From positions 32,001-96,000 of the forward strand of contig JBGAIQ010000016.1 of assembly GCA_044225365.1 (NCBI GenBank): a stretch of 64,000 nucleotides of DNA, read 5' to 3'. Below, in pieces: positions 1 through 7,609 of the stretch. The DNA comes from Planctomycetota bacterium (lineage in GTDB: Bacteria; Planctomycetota; B15-G4; JADJEK01). The position numbers were made by a program, and so were the translations under genes. Under the pieces are notes generated by a model. The model had not been told where the DNA came from, did not search any database, and saw only the letters and a list, made by a program, of their open reading frames with translations. Positions within the stretch are counted from its first letter, which is position 1, and every line of letters starts with the position of its first letter.

Positions 1-1
1 C

Positions 2-484
2 GATCCCCAGGCGGGCTGGGATCATGTGAGCGGATATCGCACGACCGCCTTCGTCGTGAGTCCGTACGCGAAGCGCCACGCGGTCGTCAGCACGCAGTAC
101 AACACGACGTGCATCCTGCGCACGATCGAGCAGATCCTCGGCATTCCGCCGATGAACCAGTTCGACGCCTCCGCAACGCCGATGTTCGACTGCTTCCAGG
201 ACGACCCCGACGGGACCGCGTTCGACTTCGTTCCGAATCGAATCCCCCTCGATCGCCTGAACGCACCGGCACACGCGCTTTCTGATCCCATTCTGCGTGC
301 AGATGCGTTCGCGTCGATGGCGATGGACTTTGCGCTCCCCGATCGCGCTCCGGAGGACGAGCTCAATCGAATCCTCTGGCGTGCGATGCGGGGAACGCAG
401 GAGCCGTATCCCGAATGGGCGATCACCAAGCTCTTCGGCGATGACGACGACGACGACGACCGTCGCGAATCCAAGGCGAAGTGA
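2..484 (+). CDS. C-terminal part of a phosphoesterase/alkaline-phosphatase-family protein (5'-truncated by window edge)
   Basis: Frame is open from base 2: DPQAGWDHVSGYRTTAFVVSPYAKR...LRTIEQILGIPPMNQFDASATPM, typical of the C-terminus of YncE-propeller/phosphoesterase proteins. Ends in a poly-Asp tail. Confidence 0.75.
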   Translation, partial: DPQAGWDHVSGYRTTAFVVSPYAKRHAVVSTQYNTTCILRTIEQILGIPPMNQFDASATPMFDCFQDDPDGTAFDFVPNRIPLDRLNAPAHALSDPILRADAFASMAMDFALPDRAPEDELNRILWRAMRGTQEPYPEWAITKLFGDDDDDDDRRESKAK

Positions 485-498
485 CTCCTGCAAAGCGA

Positions 499-534
499 GA
501 GGCGCGGCGCCGAGTTGCCCCGGCGTCGCGCCTC
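499..534. terminator. GC-rich hairpin between convergent genes (possible bidirectional terminator)
   Basis: GAGGCGCGGCGCCG (499-512) pairs with CGGCGTCGCGCCTC (521-534), one G-U pair; no strong U-tract. Confidence 0.45.
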
Positions 535-577
535 GTTCTGACGAGCGTTCGATCGCTCGAACGTCGCGGCTCTTAGA

Positions 578-2914
578 TCACTTGATCGTGACCGAGAGAC
601 CGTTCGTCGCCGAATAACCCCAGAAGTTGGTGTTGTCCGCGACGAGGGCCTGGAGCTTCACGGACGAACCGGTGAGCGCTGCGCCCGGGATCGTCGACGT
701 GAACGACGCCGAGCCGGAGCCCGGGACGCCGACCGTGCCGCCGAGCGGGAGCGGGATCGCCTGGACGATCGGAGCGACGAGGAGCGAGCAACCACCCGCG
801 AGCGGGAGGTTGTTCGGCAGGAACCCGAAGAGCAGCAGGCTGATCGTCTGCGGCTTCGTGTTGCCGATCTGGAGCGTGACGTTTCCGTTCGGCGTGGCGC
901 AGCCCGCCGCCGTGAGCTTCGGAACGATGCTGCCGAAGCCGGCGCAACCCGTGCCGTAGGTCGCGATCGCGTCCTTCACGGGGCAAGCCGAACCCGACCA
1001 GTACTCCTTCGCCTTGTTGAAGGCTTCGGGACCGATCTTGTTTCCGAGGTTACGACCCGGGATGTCGTCCATCGGCGGGTGGATGCCGCCCCAGATGCGC
1101 GACAGCGAGCACTGGTCCGAGGCGTCGTAGTAGGTCGCCCACTGCAGGGTGACGTTGACGCTCGGGCCGTCCTCGAACACGAGGTACTGATTCTGCGGAC
1201 AGAAGAACGTGCCGAGACCACCGGGGAAGAACGGCGTGCCCGTCAGCTTGTCCATGATGATGGCGCCGGTGCGGCTGTACGTGCTGTGACCGGACATGTA
1301 GCCCGGGAACGGCGGCGACACGAAGGACGGCCGCTGGTAGGGCCACCAGTTCTCGGCGAGGATCCAGTCGACGCCCGCGACGTCGATCGCGGGGTTGATG
1401 ATGTACGGCGGGCCCTTCCAGGCCTTGACGGCGATCTTGCCTTCGCTGCCCGCGAACTGCTCGAACTTGCCACCGATGACCGTGTCCGCGGCGGTGACGA
1501 CTTCGATGTAGCCCGGGATCAGATCGATGCCGGCCGTGTTGTAGCTCGGCAGGGCCGGATTGGTGCACTGACCGCGGTCCGCCATGTAGCGCAGGGCGCT
1601 CACCGGACGGCTCGAGTCGTACCAACCCTTCGCGCCCCAGCAGGCGATCGCGACGTCATGCATCGCGCCACCGAGGGTGAGGTACGCCTTCACTTCGAAC
1701 TCGAGCTTCGGGAGTACAGGACCCGTGCCCTCGAGCTGCCAGGTGAACAGCGGATCGTCCATCACCTTATTGAGGATGGTGAACCAGTGACCGGGAGGCG
1801 TCTCGGACGTCGGCCCGTCGGCCCAGAACTCGGCGAGCACGCGCGTGTAGTCGCCGCGGGGAACGATCTGCGGAGCGTAGGGCTGGCCGGTGACCGGATT
1901 GACCGGATGGCCGTGGCCGTTGTCGCCACCGTTCAGCTTGTCGTAGAAGTTCGGGTAGTCCGCGACGCTCGCCGGCAACACCGCGCCACCGATCGCGCCC
2001 GGCGAGATGTCCCACATCACGCCGTCCGCGGGGTCGAGGTGCGACGACCACGTGGAGACGAGCTCATGGCTCCACTTGTACTGCGCCGTCTGGACCGGGT
2101 CGTTGCCGTAGAGCGGCTCGGAACCCTGGTCGTGGTAGACCGGCCAGTAGGTGTTATCACGATAGTAGAGCGTCTGGTCGTTCAGCGTCAGGGAGAACGG
2201 CTTGACCTTGCCCCATTCCGGACCGATCGCGGCGGGGTAGCCGCCAAGGATCAGCGTTCCGGACTGGTCGATGAAGAAGTCGAGCGCGAGCGGCTGCCAG
2301 CGATTCGGATCGATCATCGTCGGATTGCCGGGGAGCGGCGGGACGAGCGGCGGATTGACCGGCGCGTAGAACTGGTTCGCGTAGTTGCCCTGCTCGTTGG
2401 CGTTGTCGCCGAGCCCGTAGCTGAGGACCGCGTTCGCGATGCGATTGCCGATCGCAGCCGGCGTGTTGCCGATCGTGCCGGTGAAGTTCTTGTTGTAGCC
2501 GAGCGCCGTCATGAGGGCGTCGTACTGCGGGAACATCACGGCGGCGCCCGGCGAGAGAGCGAAGCGCGCGCGCAGGATGTCGTACACCGCGAAGCTGAGC
2601 GCCTCGCTGCGGAACGCATCGACGTTCGGATCGTTGCTCGGATGCTTCTCGCCGAACAGCACGCAGTTCGCCGTGGTGTCGTACGTGGCCCACGCGTCCC
2701 ACATCGCAACGGCGATGTGGTAGAGGTTGCGAGCGTGGATCGGTGGACGCGCCTGATCCTTGCGGATCGACGCGATCAGCATCTCGTTCCATTGCCTCGC
2801 CGCAGTCTGCTGCGCCTGCGCAGGACTGGCGAACGATGCGCCGATCAGGGATGCGGCCGCGATCGCGAGGATCCGACGGCCAAGGGAGCGGGAAGCTACG
2901 CTTGGGTAATTCAT
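578..2914 (-). CDS. Secreted vanadium-dependent haloperoxidase (PAP2 superfamily) with shared C-terminal domain
   Basis: Vanadate-site motifs WGAKGWYDSSRP, PFPGYMSGHS and SRIWGGIH. Signal peptide ends ASPAQA. ATG at 2914 follows a GGGGAG RBS. Confidence 0.88.
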   Translation of the reverse strand: MNYPSVASRSLGRRILAIAAASLIGASFASPAQAQQTAARQWNEMLIASIRKDQARPPIHARNLYHIAVAMWDAWATYDTTANCVLFGEKHPSNDPNVDAFRSEALSFAVYDILRARFALSPGAAVMFPQYDALMTALGYNKNFTGTIGNTPAAIGNRIANAVLSYGLGDNANEQGNYANQFYAPVNPPLVPPLPGNPTMIDPNRWQPLALDFFIDQSGTLILGGYPAAIGPEWGKVKPFSLTLNDQTLYYRDNTYWPVYHDQGSEPLYGNDPVQTAQYKWSHELVSTWSSHLDPADGVMWDISPGAIGGAVLPASVADYPNFYDKLNGGDNGHGHPVNPVTGQPYAPQIVPRGDYTRVLAEFWADGPTSETPPGHWFTILNKVMDDPLFTWQLEGTGPVLPKLEFEVKAYLTLGGAMHDVAIACWGAKGWYDSSRPVSALRYMADRGQCTNPALPSYNTAGIDLIPGYIEVVTAADTVIGGKFEQFAGSEGKIAVKAWKGPPYIINPAIDVAGVDWILAENWWPYQRPSFVSPPFPGYMSGHSTYSRTGAIIMDKLTGTPFFPGGLGTFFCPQNQYLVFEDGPSVNVTLQWATYYDASDQCSLSRIWGGIHPPMDDIPGRNLGNKIGPEAFNKAKEYWSGSACPVKDAIATYGTGCAGFGSIVPKLTAAGCATPNGNVTLQIGNTKPQTISLLLFGFLPNNLPLAGGCSLLVAPIVQAIPLPLGGTVGVPGSGSASFTSTIPGAALTGSSVKLQALVADNTNFWGYSATNGLSVTIK

Positions 2915-3044
2915 GAAACTCCCCCTTGCGAAGGTGCGAGGGTTTTTTCCGGTTTGGTTGCAGGGCCGAAACTTGAACGACACCCGTCAGCGGGCGTTCC
3001 ACGGCGGCCGGAGACCCACCCGGTCACCGTGGAGCTATGGCCGG

Positions 3045-3050
3045 ATTGTA
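3045..3050 (-). promoter_or_regulatory. Possible sigma70 -10 element (TACAAT) upstream of the haloperoxidase gene
   Basis: ATTGTA on + strand is TACAAT on -, about 130 bp upstream of the start. The same hexamer lies upstream of the next gene at 5328-5333. Confidence 0.3.
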
Positions 3051-3157
3051 ACCCACACCGGGAGGCGTGAGGGGAAGTCGGCTGGAAATTCCTCGAATCG
3101 GCGGGAAGGACCAGGACCCGGGCGCTGCGATCTCGTCGCGACGCTCGAAACCGCGGC

Positions 3158-5158
3158 TCAGTGGAGGATCTTGTCCTGCAGGAGGAGCAGATCTCGCGGA
3201 TCGACGTCATTGTCCTGGTCCATGTCGCCGAGGACCTGGCCCGGTGAATCCGGGAACGTCGTCGCGAACTGCACCGGATTGAACACCATCCACGCGAGGT
3301 AGCTGAGGTCGGTAGCGTCGATCTTGCCATCCGCGTTGACGTCGCCGAGGCTGTCGACGTGAGTGCGCGCGATGGCGTTGATGCGGCCCGCGAGCAGCGA
3401 TTCGACGTATTGGAAGTTGCCGTCCTTGCCGGGCCAGCGAACGACGAGCCACTTCAGTTTCGATCCGCCTTGCGGCCCGAGGCCGAAGTGTTGGCGCGCC
3501 GAATCCTGGCCATGGAAGCTCATGCCCGCGATGACCTGGTGATGCTGGGTGACGCCCGCGGTGCGGAGCCAGAGGCGCGCGTTCTCCGTGTTCAGGCCGT
3601 TCCCGGCATCGCGGAGGTCGATCTTGATCCAGTCGTTCCCCGTGTTCTGCGTGTTCGAGAAGAACTCGAAGCGCTGGATCGGTACCGTCGACGTGATGTC
3701 CTGCGACTTGCCGACGATGAGGTCGAGATCGCCGTCGTTGTCGAAATCGAGCGGCTCGAGGTTTCGCGAGACGTCGTCGCCGAGCGGAGTCTTGCTGAAC
3801 TGCGGTACGAGCGCGGTGGCATCGCAGTAGAGCGGAGATTTCCCGTCGCTGGCCTTCATCGGAAACTGATTGATGAAGAGCGGGTTCAGGAAGGGATCGT
3901 CGATGAGGCGCATTCCGGTCACGAATGCCTGATCGAGGTCGCCGTCGTTGTCGTAGTCGAACGCGAGCGTGCCCCAGCCGACTTCGGAGTCGTTCACCCC
4001 GACGATCGGCGCCATGTCGACGAACTTCAGATGGCCGTTCGACGAATCGTTGCGATAGAAGCGATCACGCCAGACCTTCGGATTCGTCGTGCTGCCAAGA
4101 TCGCCGATCGCGAGATTCGTGAGATGCACGTCGAGGTCGCCGTCGTTGTCGACGTCCGCGAAGTAGGCGCCCATCTCATTGCGAGCTTGCGGCGGATCAC
4201 CATTCAGTCCGATCGCCGAGGCCACGTTGACGAACGTGCCGTCGCGCTGATTCATCAGCATGAAGTCGGCGCCGAAGTCGAGATTGACGTGTAAGTCCGG
4301 CCAGCCATCGTTGTCGAGATCGACGAACGTGGGTTGCCAGGTGTCGCCGCCCTTCGGCCCGCCGTCGGGATCGGGGATCTGGTCGAGATCGATGTTGAGT
4401 CCCGCGGCGATGGTGCGATCGACGAACACTCGCGGCGTGTTCGTCGGCACGGAAGAGACGTTGTTCGCGCTGTTCGGATTCGGCTGGCTCTGGAACAGGC
4501 GCCACATGTCGTTCTGGACGCCGCCCGGAAACGTATTCCACCAGCAGACGAACAGGTCGAGGTAGCCGTCCTGGTCGTAGTCCCCGGTCGTGATGCCGCT
4601 GAGGATGCCGACCTTCGATTGCTTCACGGTCGCGGTATCGAGTTTCAGATCGCTGATCGGGGTCACGTCGTAGAACTGGTAGTTGCCGGGCGTTCCTGAG
4701 TTCCGATAGAGACGGAAGAGCTGCACGCCGGAGTTCGTGAGATGGGCGGCGTCGAAGAGATCGAGATCGCCGTCGTTGTCGTAGTCGAAGAGCAGCGTTG
4801 CACCGCCGCGCTGCTGCGTGTTCGTGAGTCCGCGCGCCGCTGCGACGTCGAGGAACGTGCCGTTCTTCTGGTTCTCGCCGAGCAGGATCTTCTGGTTCAG
4901 TCCCCCGGCGATGACGATGTCCTCGAAGCCGTCGTTGTTGTAGTCGCCGATCGTGATGCCGCTCGCTTGCGACATGTCCTGTGCGTTCTGCGATTGGTTG
5001 TAACTGAAACTGATCCCGATGTAGTTCGGCTGAGTCGAATCGCCGATCTCGACGAGCGAACCCGGGAGGGGTGTGCAGAGGGGTGCCTGCGCGAGGGCCT
5101 CGGCGGATGCAACCATGAGTGCGAATGCAATCCACGAGCGAATTGCGGGAAGACGCAT
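3158..5158 (-). CDS. CRTAC1-family FG-GAP/VCBS repeat protein with ASPIC/UnbV domain and C-terminal dockerin-like module
   Basis: Many DxDNDGDLD repeats; ASPIC/UnbV-like QVIAGMSFHGQDSARQHFGLG; paired GDVNADGKIDATDL / GDMDQDNDVDPRDL motifs. Signal peptide from MRLPAIRS (ATG 5158). Confidence 0.85.
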   Translation of the reverse strand: MRLPAIRSWIAFALMVASAEALAQAPLCTPLPGSLVEIGDSTQPNYIGISFSYNQSQNAQDMSQASGITIGDYNNDGFEDIVIAGGLNQKILLGENQKNGTFLDVAAARGLTNTQQRGGATLLFDYDNDGDLDLFDAAHLTNSGVQLFRLYRNSGTPGNYQFYDVTPISDLKLDTATVKQSKVGILSGITTGDYDQDGYLDLFVCWWNTFPGGVQNDMWRLFQSQPNPNSANNVSSVPTNTPRVFVDRTIAAGLNIDLDQIPDPDGGPKGGDTWQPTFVDLDNDGWPDLHVNLDFGADFMLMNQRDGTFVNVASAIGLNGDPPQARNEMGAYFADVDNDGDLDVHLTNLAIGDLGSTTNPKVWRDRFYRNDSSNGHLKFVDMAPIVGVNDSEVGWGTLAFDYDNDGDLDQAFVTGMRLIDDPFLNPLFINQFPMKASDGKSPLYCDATALVPQFSKTPLGDDVSRNLEPLDFDNDGDLDLIVGKSQDITSTVPIQRFEFFSNTQNTGNDWIKIDLRDAGNGLNTENARLWLRTAGVTQHHQVIAGMSFHGQDSARQHFGLGPQGGSKLKWLVVRWPGKDGNFQYVESLLAGRINAIARTHVDSLGDVNADGKIDATDLSYLAWMVFNPVQFATTFPDSPGQVLGDMDQDNDVDPRDLLLLQDKILH

Positions 5159-5327
5159 GACGACCTCTCCTCTCTGCGACTCTCTCTCTCGAGTCGGAAC
5201 CCGAACCGATCCGGAGCTCCAGTTCTCCGAATCCGCTTCCCGAGGGCGTCGTGGCGAGTGCTTCGCGATCCGGCATGGTGCGAACGCCGACCGACACCCC
5301 GGGGCAGGGCGATCCTGTTGGCGTCGC

Positions 5328-5333
5328 ATTGTA
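5328..5333 (-). promoter_or_regulatory. Possible -10 element (TACAAT) upstream of the CRTAC1-like gene
   Basis: ATTGTA on + strand in the intergenic region, about 170 bp upstream of ATG 5158. Confidence 0.3.
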
Positions 5334-5474
5334 ATGCGGTGTCCGCGGGCTGCGACCCGGACCTGGACGAAAAATCCGAATCCGGGGACGAAACAACGAC
5401 GCGAAGTGCGCCGCCGCGCGCCTCGCGTCGTTCGTTCGAAGGTCGCTGGATCCGGCCGCGTGGCCGGGCCGGCA

Positions 5475-5912
5475 TCACTTCTTGAAGTAACCGTTCAGCG
5501 ACACGCCTCCCGCGCCATTCACGGTGCGCACGAGCACGTGCTCGCCAGGACCGAATTCGATGCCCGTCGAGAACGAGTGGGAGAAGCTGCCGGCAGCGGC
5601 CGTTCCAGTGAACGGAATCACGTCGACGGTATTGGTGTCGACCTTCTGCTTCTTCATCACGAGGCCGTTCGCCGCGTTCAGGTTGTTGGAGAAGATGAAG
5701 TCGGTGATGACGAGCGTCTGACCGGAAGGGACGGTGACCGCGTCGGTGTTCGTAGCATTGGTCAGGTTGTTGTTCACGAACAGGAAAGCCGACTGGTACT
5801 TGCCCTTGCCCTTGATCGTCGAGATCGAAGCCTGAAGGCTCTTCACGGCGACCAGCACACAGCAGAGGGTGGCGGCGCCGATCCAGAGTGGGTTGCGAGT
5901 GAGGCGGAACAT
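5475..5912 (-). CDS. Small exported beta-rich hypothetical protein (145 aa)
   Basis: Last 145 codons of the 5475..7673 ORF. ATG 5912 follows a GAGGAA RBS; hydrophobic N-terminus MFRLTRNPLWIGAATLCCVLVAV; native-looking codon usage. Confidence 0.75.
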   Translation of the reverse strand: MFRLTRNPLWIGAATLCCVLVAVKSLQASISTIKGKGKYQSAFLFVNNNLTNATNTDAVTVPSGQTLVITDFIFSNNLNAANGLVMKKQKVDTNTVDVIPFTGTAAAGSFSHSFSTGIEFGPGEHVLVRTVNGAGGVSLNGYFKK

Positions 5913-6182
5913 GGCTTTTCTTTTCCTCGGAGGGGGAGTGGACAGCGGCGGAGAGTCGCCGCGTCGGGCGGATGGGGGGCAGTAGGAGTCGCTTCGAGAG
6001 TACGCTGCAACGACCCCCAGAGCAAGCGCGCCGGGCCGGCGTGATGTGGTGCTTCGCTCACCCTCTTTCGCGGTCGGCTGAACGCGTCTTGAAGCGACCT
6101 TGATCGGCGCCGGGTCTCCTACGGCCTCGATCCTCGCTCTCCGCGACACACTCGCGGACCAGAACCCCGAATAGGAGAATCC

Positions 6183-7484
6183 ATGACTCTGAAGCTTCTC
6201 GCCGCCGTCGCCGCTTCCGCCTTCGCCGGAGTCGCTCTCGCCGACAGCCAGTTCTCGCTCTCCGAGATCTTCGTCAACCCGCCGGGGACCGACAACACGC
6301 AGGAGGGCATCGAGATCCGTGGGCCTGCCTCGACCACGATGGCCGGGTACCACCTGATCGTCATCGAGGGCGATGGCACCGCTGCGGGCGTCGTCGACTA
6401 CAACCTCGATCTCTCGACGAAGAGCACGGGCAGCAACGGCCTGTTCCTGTGGCGCGACGCTGCGATCACGATCAGCCCGGCTCCCGACGCCGGAACGAGC
6501 GTGTTCGTTCAGGACTTCAATCCCGACCTCGAGAACGGCACGTACACTTGGATCCTCGGCTATGGCTCGGTGACTCCGTCGGTCGGCACGCTCCTCGACG
6601 CCGATCATGACGGCACGCTCGACGCCGGCGTCTTCGCCTCGGGCGGCGCTCTCGACGGCTTCACGGTCGTCGACTGCGTGTCGATGGTCGAGAACGATGG
6701 CCCGGTGAACTTCTCGTACGCCGACGACGTCGGATACGCGAACGCGGTCATCGGCCCGTTCCTCGGCGTCCCGGGCATCAGCGATCACAATCCGGACTGC
6801 CTCGTCCGGATCTACAATGCGAACGGCCCCTGCGGTTGGGCGGGTGGCGACGTCCTCGGCACGAACCCGGGCGGACCGTACAGCTTCGACTACACCGCAA
6901 GCCCGCCGCGCGTCTTCGGCTTCGCGGACTTCGGCATCACGACCTCGCAGGCCGTCACGCTCGGTTCGGCGAACCCGTCGGGCGTCGACAGCGACAACGA
7001 CGGTGTGCTCGACCACTGCGACGGCTGCCCGAGCGATCCGAACAAGGGAGCCGCGGGCTCCTGCGGTTGCGGAGTCGCCGAAGGCTGCACGCTCGGTATC
7101 GACGTCGACGCGATCTCCGCTACCACCGGTGGCGCGCAGGTCCTCTCGCTCCACGGCGGCCTGAGCCACGCAGGCTATGGCTACCTCGTCCTCGGCAGCG
7201 CGACGGGCACGGTCCCGGGTCTCCAGGTCTCGGGCTCGGTCCATCTCGACTTGAACCCGGACTTCTACTTCAACCTCCTGGCGACGTACCCAAACACGAT
7301 CGTGTTCCCGTCGCTCGGCAACCTCGACGCGGCCGGCGAAGCGACGGCGACCTGGTTCCTCCCCGGGGGCGCGGTCACGCTCGGCTCGCCGATCACGGTG
7401 ACGCACGCCTACCTGCTGTTCGATCCGGTCACGACCGCGATCAAGTTCGCGAGCAACACGACGCCGCTCACGATCAACCCCTGA
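6183..7484 (+). CDS. Secreted protein: lamin-tail-like N-terminal domain, thrombospondin type-3-like Ca-binding repeat, C-terminal beta domain
   Basis: AGGAG RBS and signal peptide; LSEIFVNPPGTDNTQEGIEI (LTD-like); DSDNDGVLDHCDGCPSDPNK (TSP3-like). Confidence 0.75.
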   Translation: MTLKLLAAVAASAFAGVALADSQFSLSEIFVNPPGTDNTQEGIEIRGPASTTMAGYHLIVIEGDGTAAGVVDYNLDLSTKSTGSNGLFLWRDAAITISPAPDAGTSVFVQDFNPDLENGTYTWILGYGSVTPSVGTLLDADHDGTLDAGVFASGGALDGFTVVDCVSMVENDGPVNFSYADDVGYANAVIGPFLGVPGISDHNPDCLVRIYNANGPCGWAGGDVLGTNPGGPYSFDYTASPPRVFGFADFGITTSQAVTLGSANPSGVDSDNDGVLDHCDGCPSDPNKGAAGSCGCGVAEGCTLGIDVDAISATTGGAQVLSLHGGLSHAGYGYLVLGSATGTVPGLQVSGSVHLDLNPDFYFNLLATYPNTIVFPSLGNLDAAGEATATWFLPGGAVTLGSPITVTHAYLLFDPVTTAIKFASNTTPLTINP

Positions 7485-7521
7485 GACGAGGAGCGGGCTC
7501 GCAAGCTCGCTGAAGCGGAAA

Positions 7522-7553
7522 AGAAGGCGGCACGCCTCGGCGTGTCGCCTTCT
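7522..7553 (+). terminator. Hairpin downstream of 6183-7484 gene
   Basis: AGAAGGCGGCACGC pairs with GCGTGTCGCCTTCT around a short loop. Confidence 0.5.
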
Positions 7554-7609
7554 CGTCGTCTTGGGCTCTGCGTTACGATAGTCTCTTCGAACGCCGTTCG
7601 GAGACCTGC

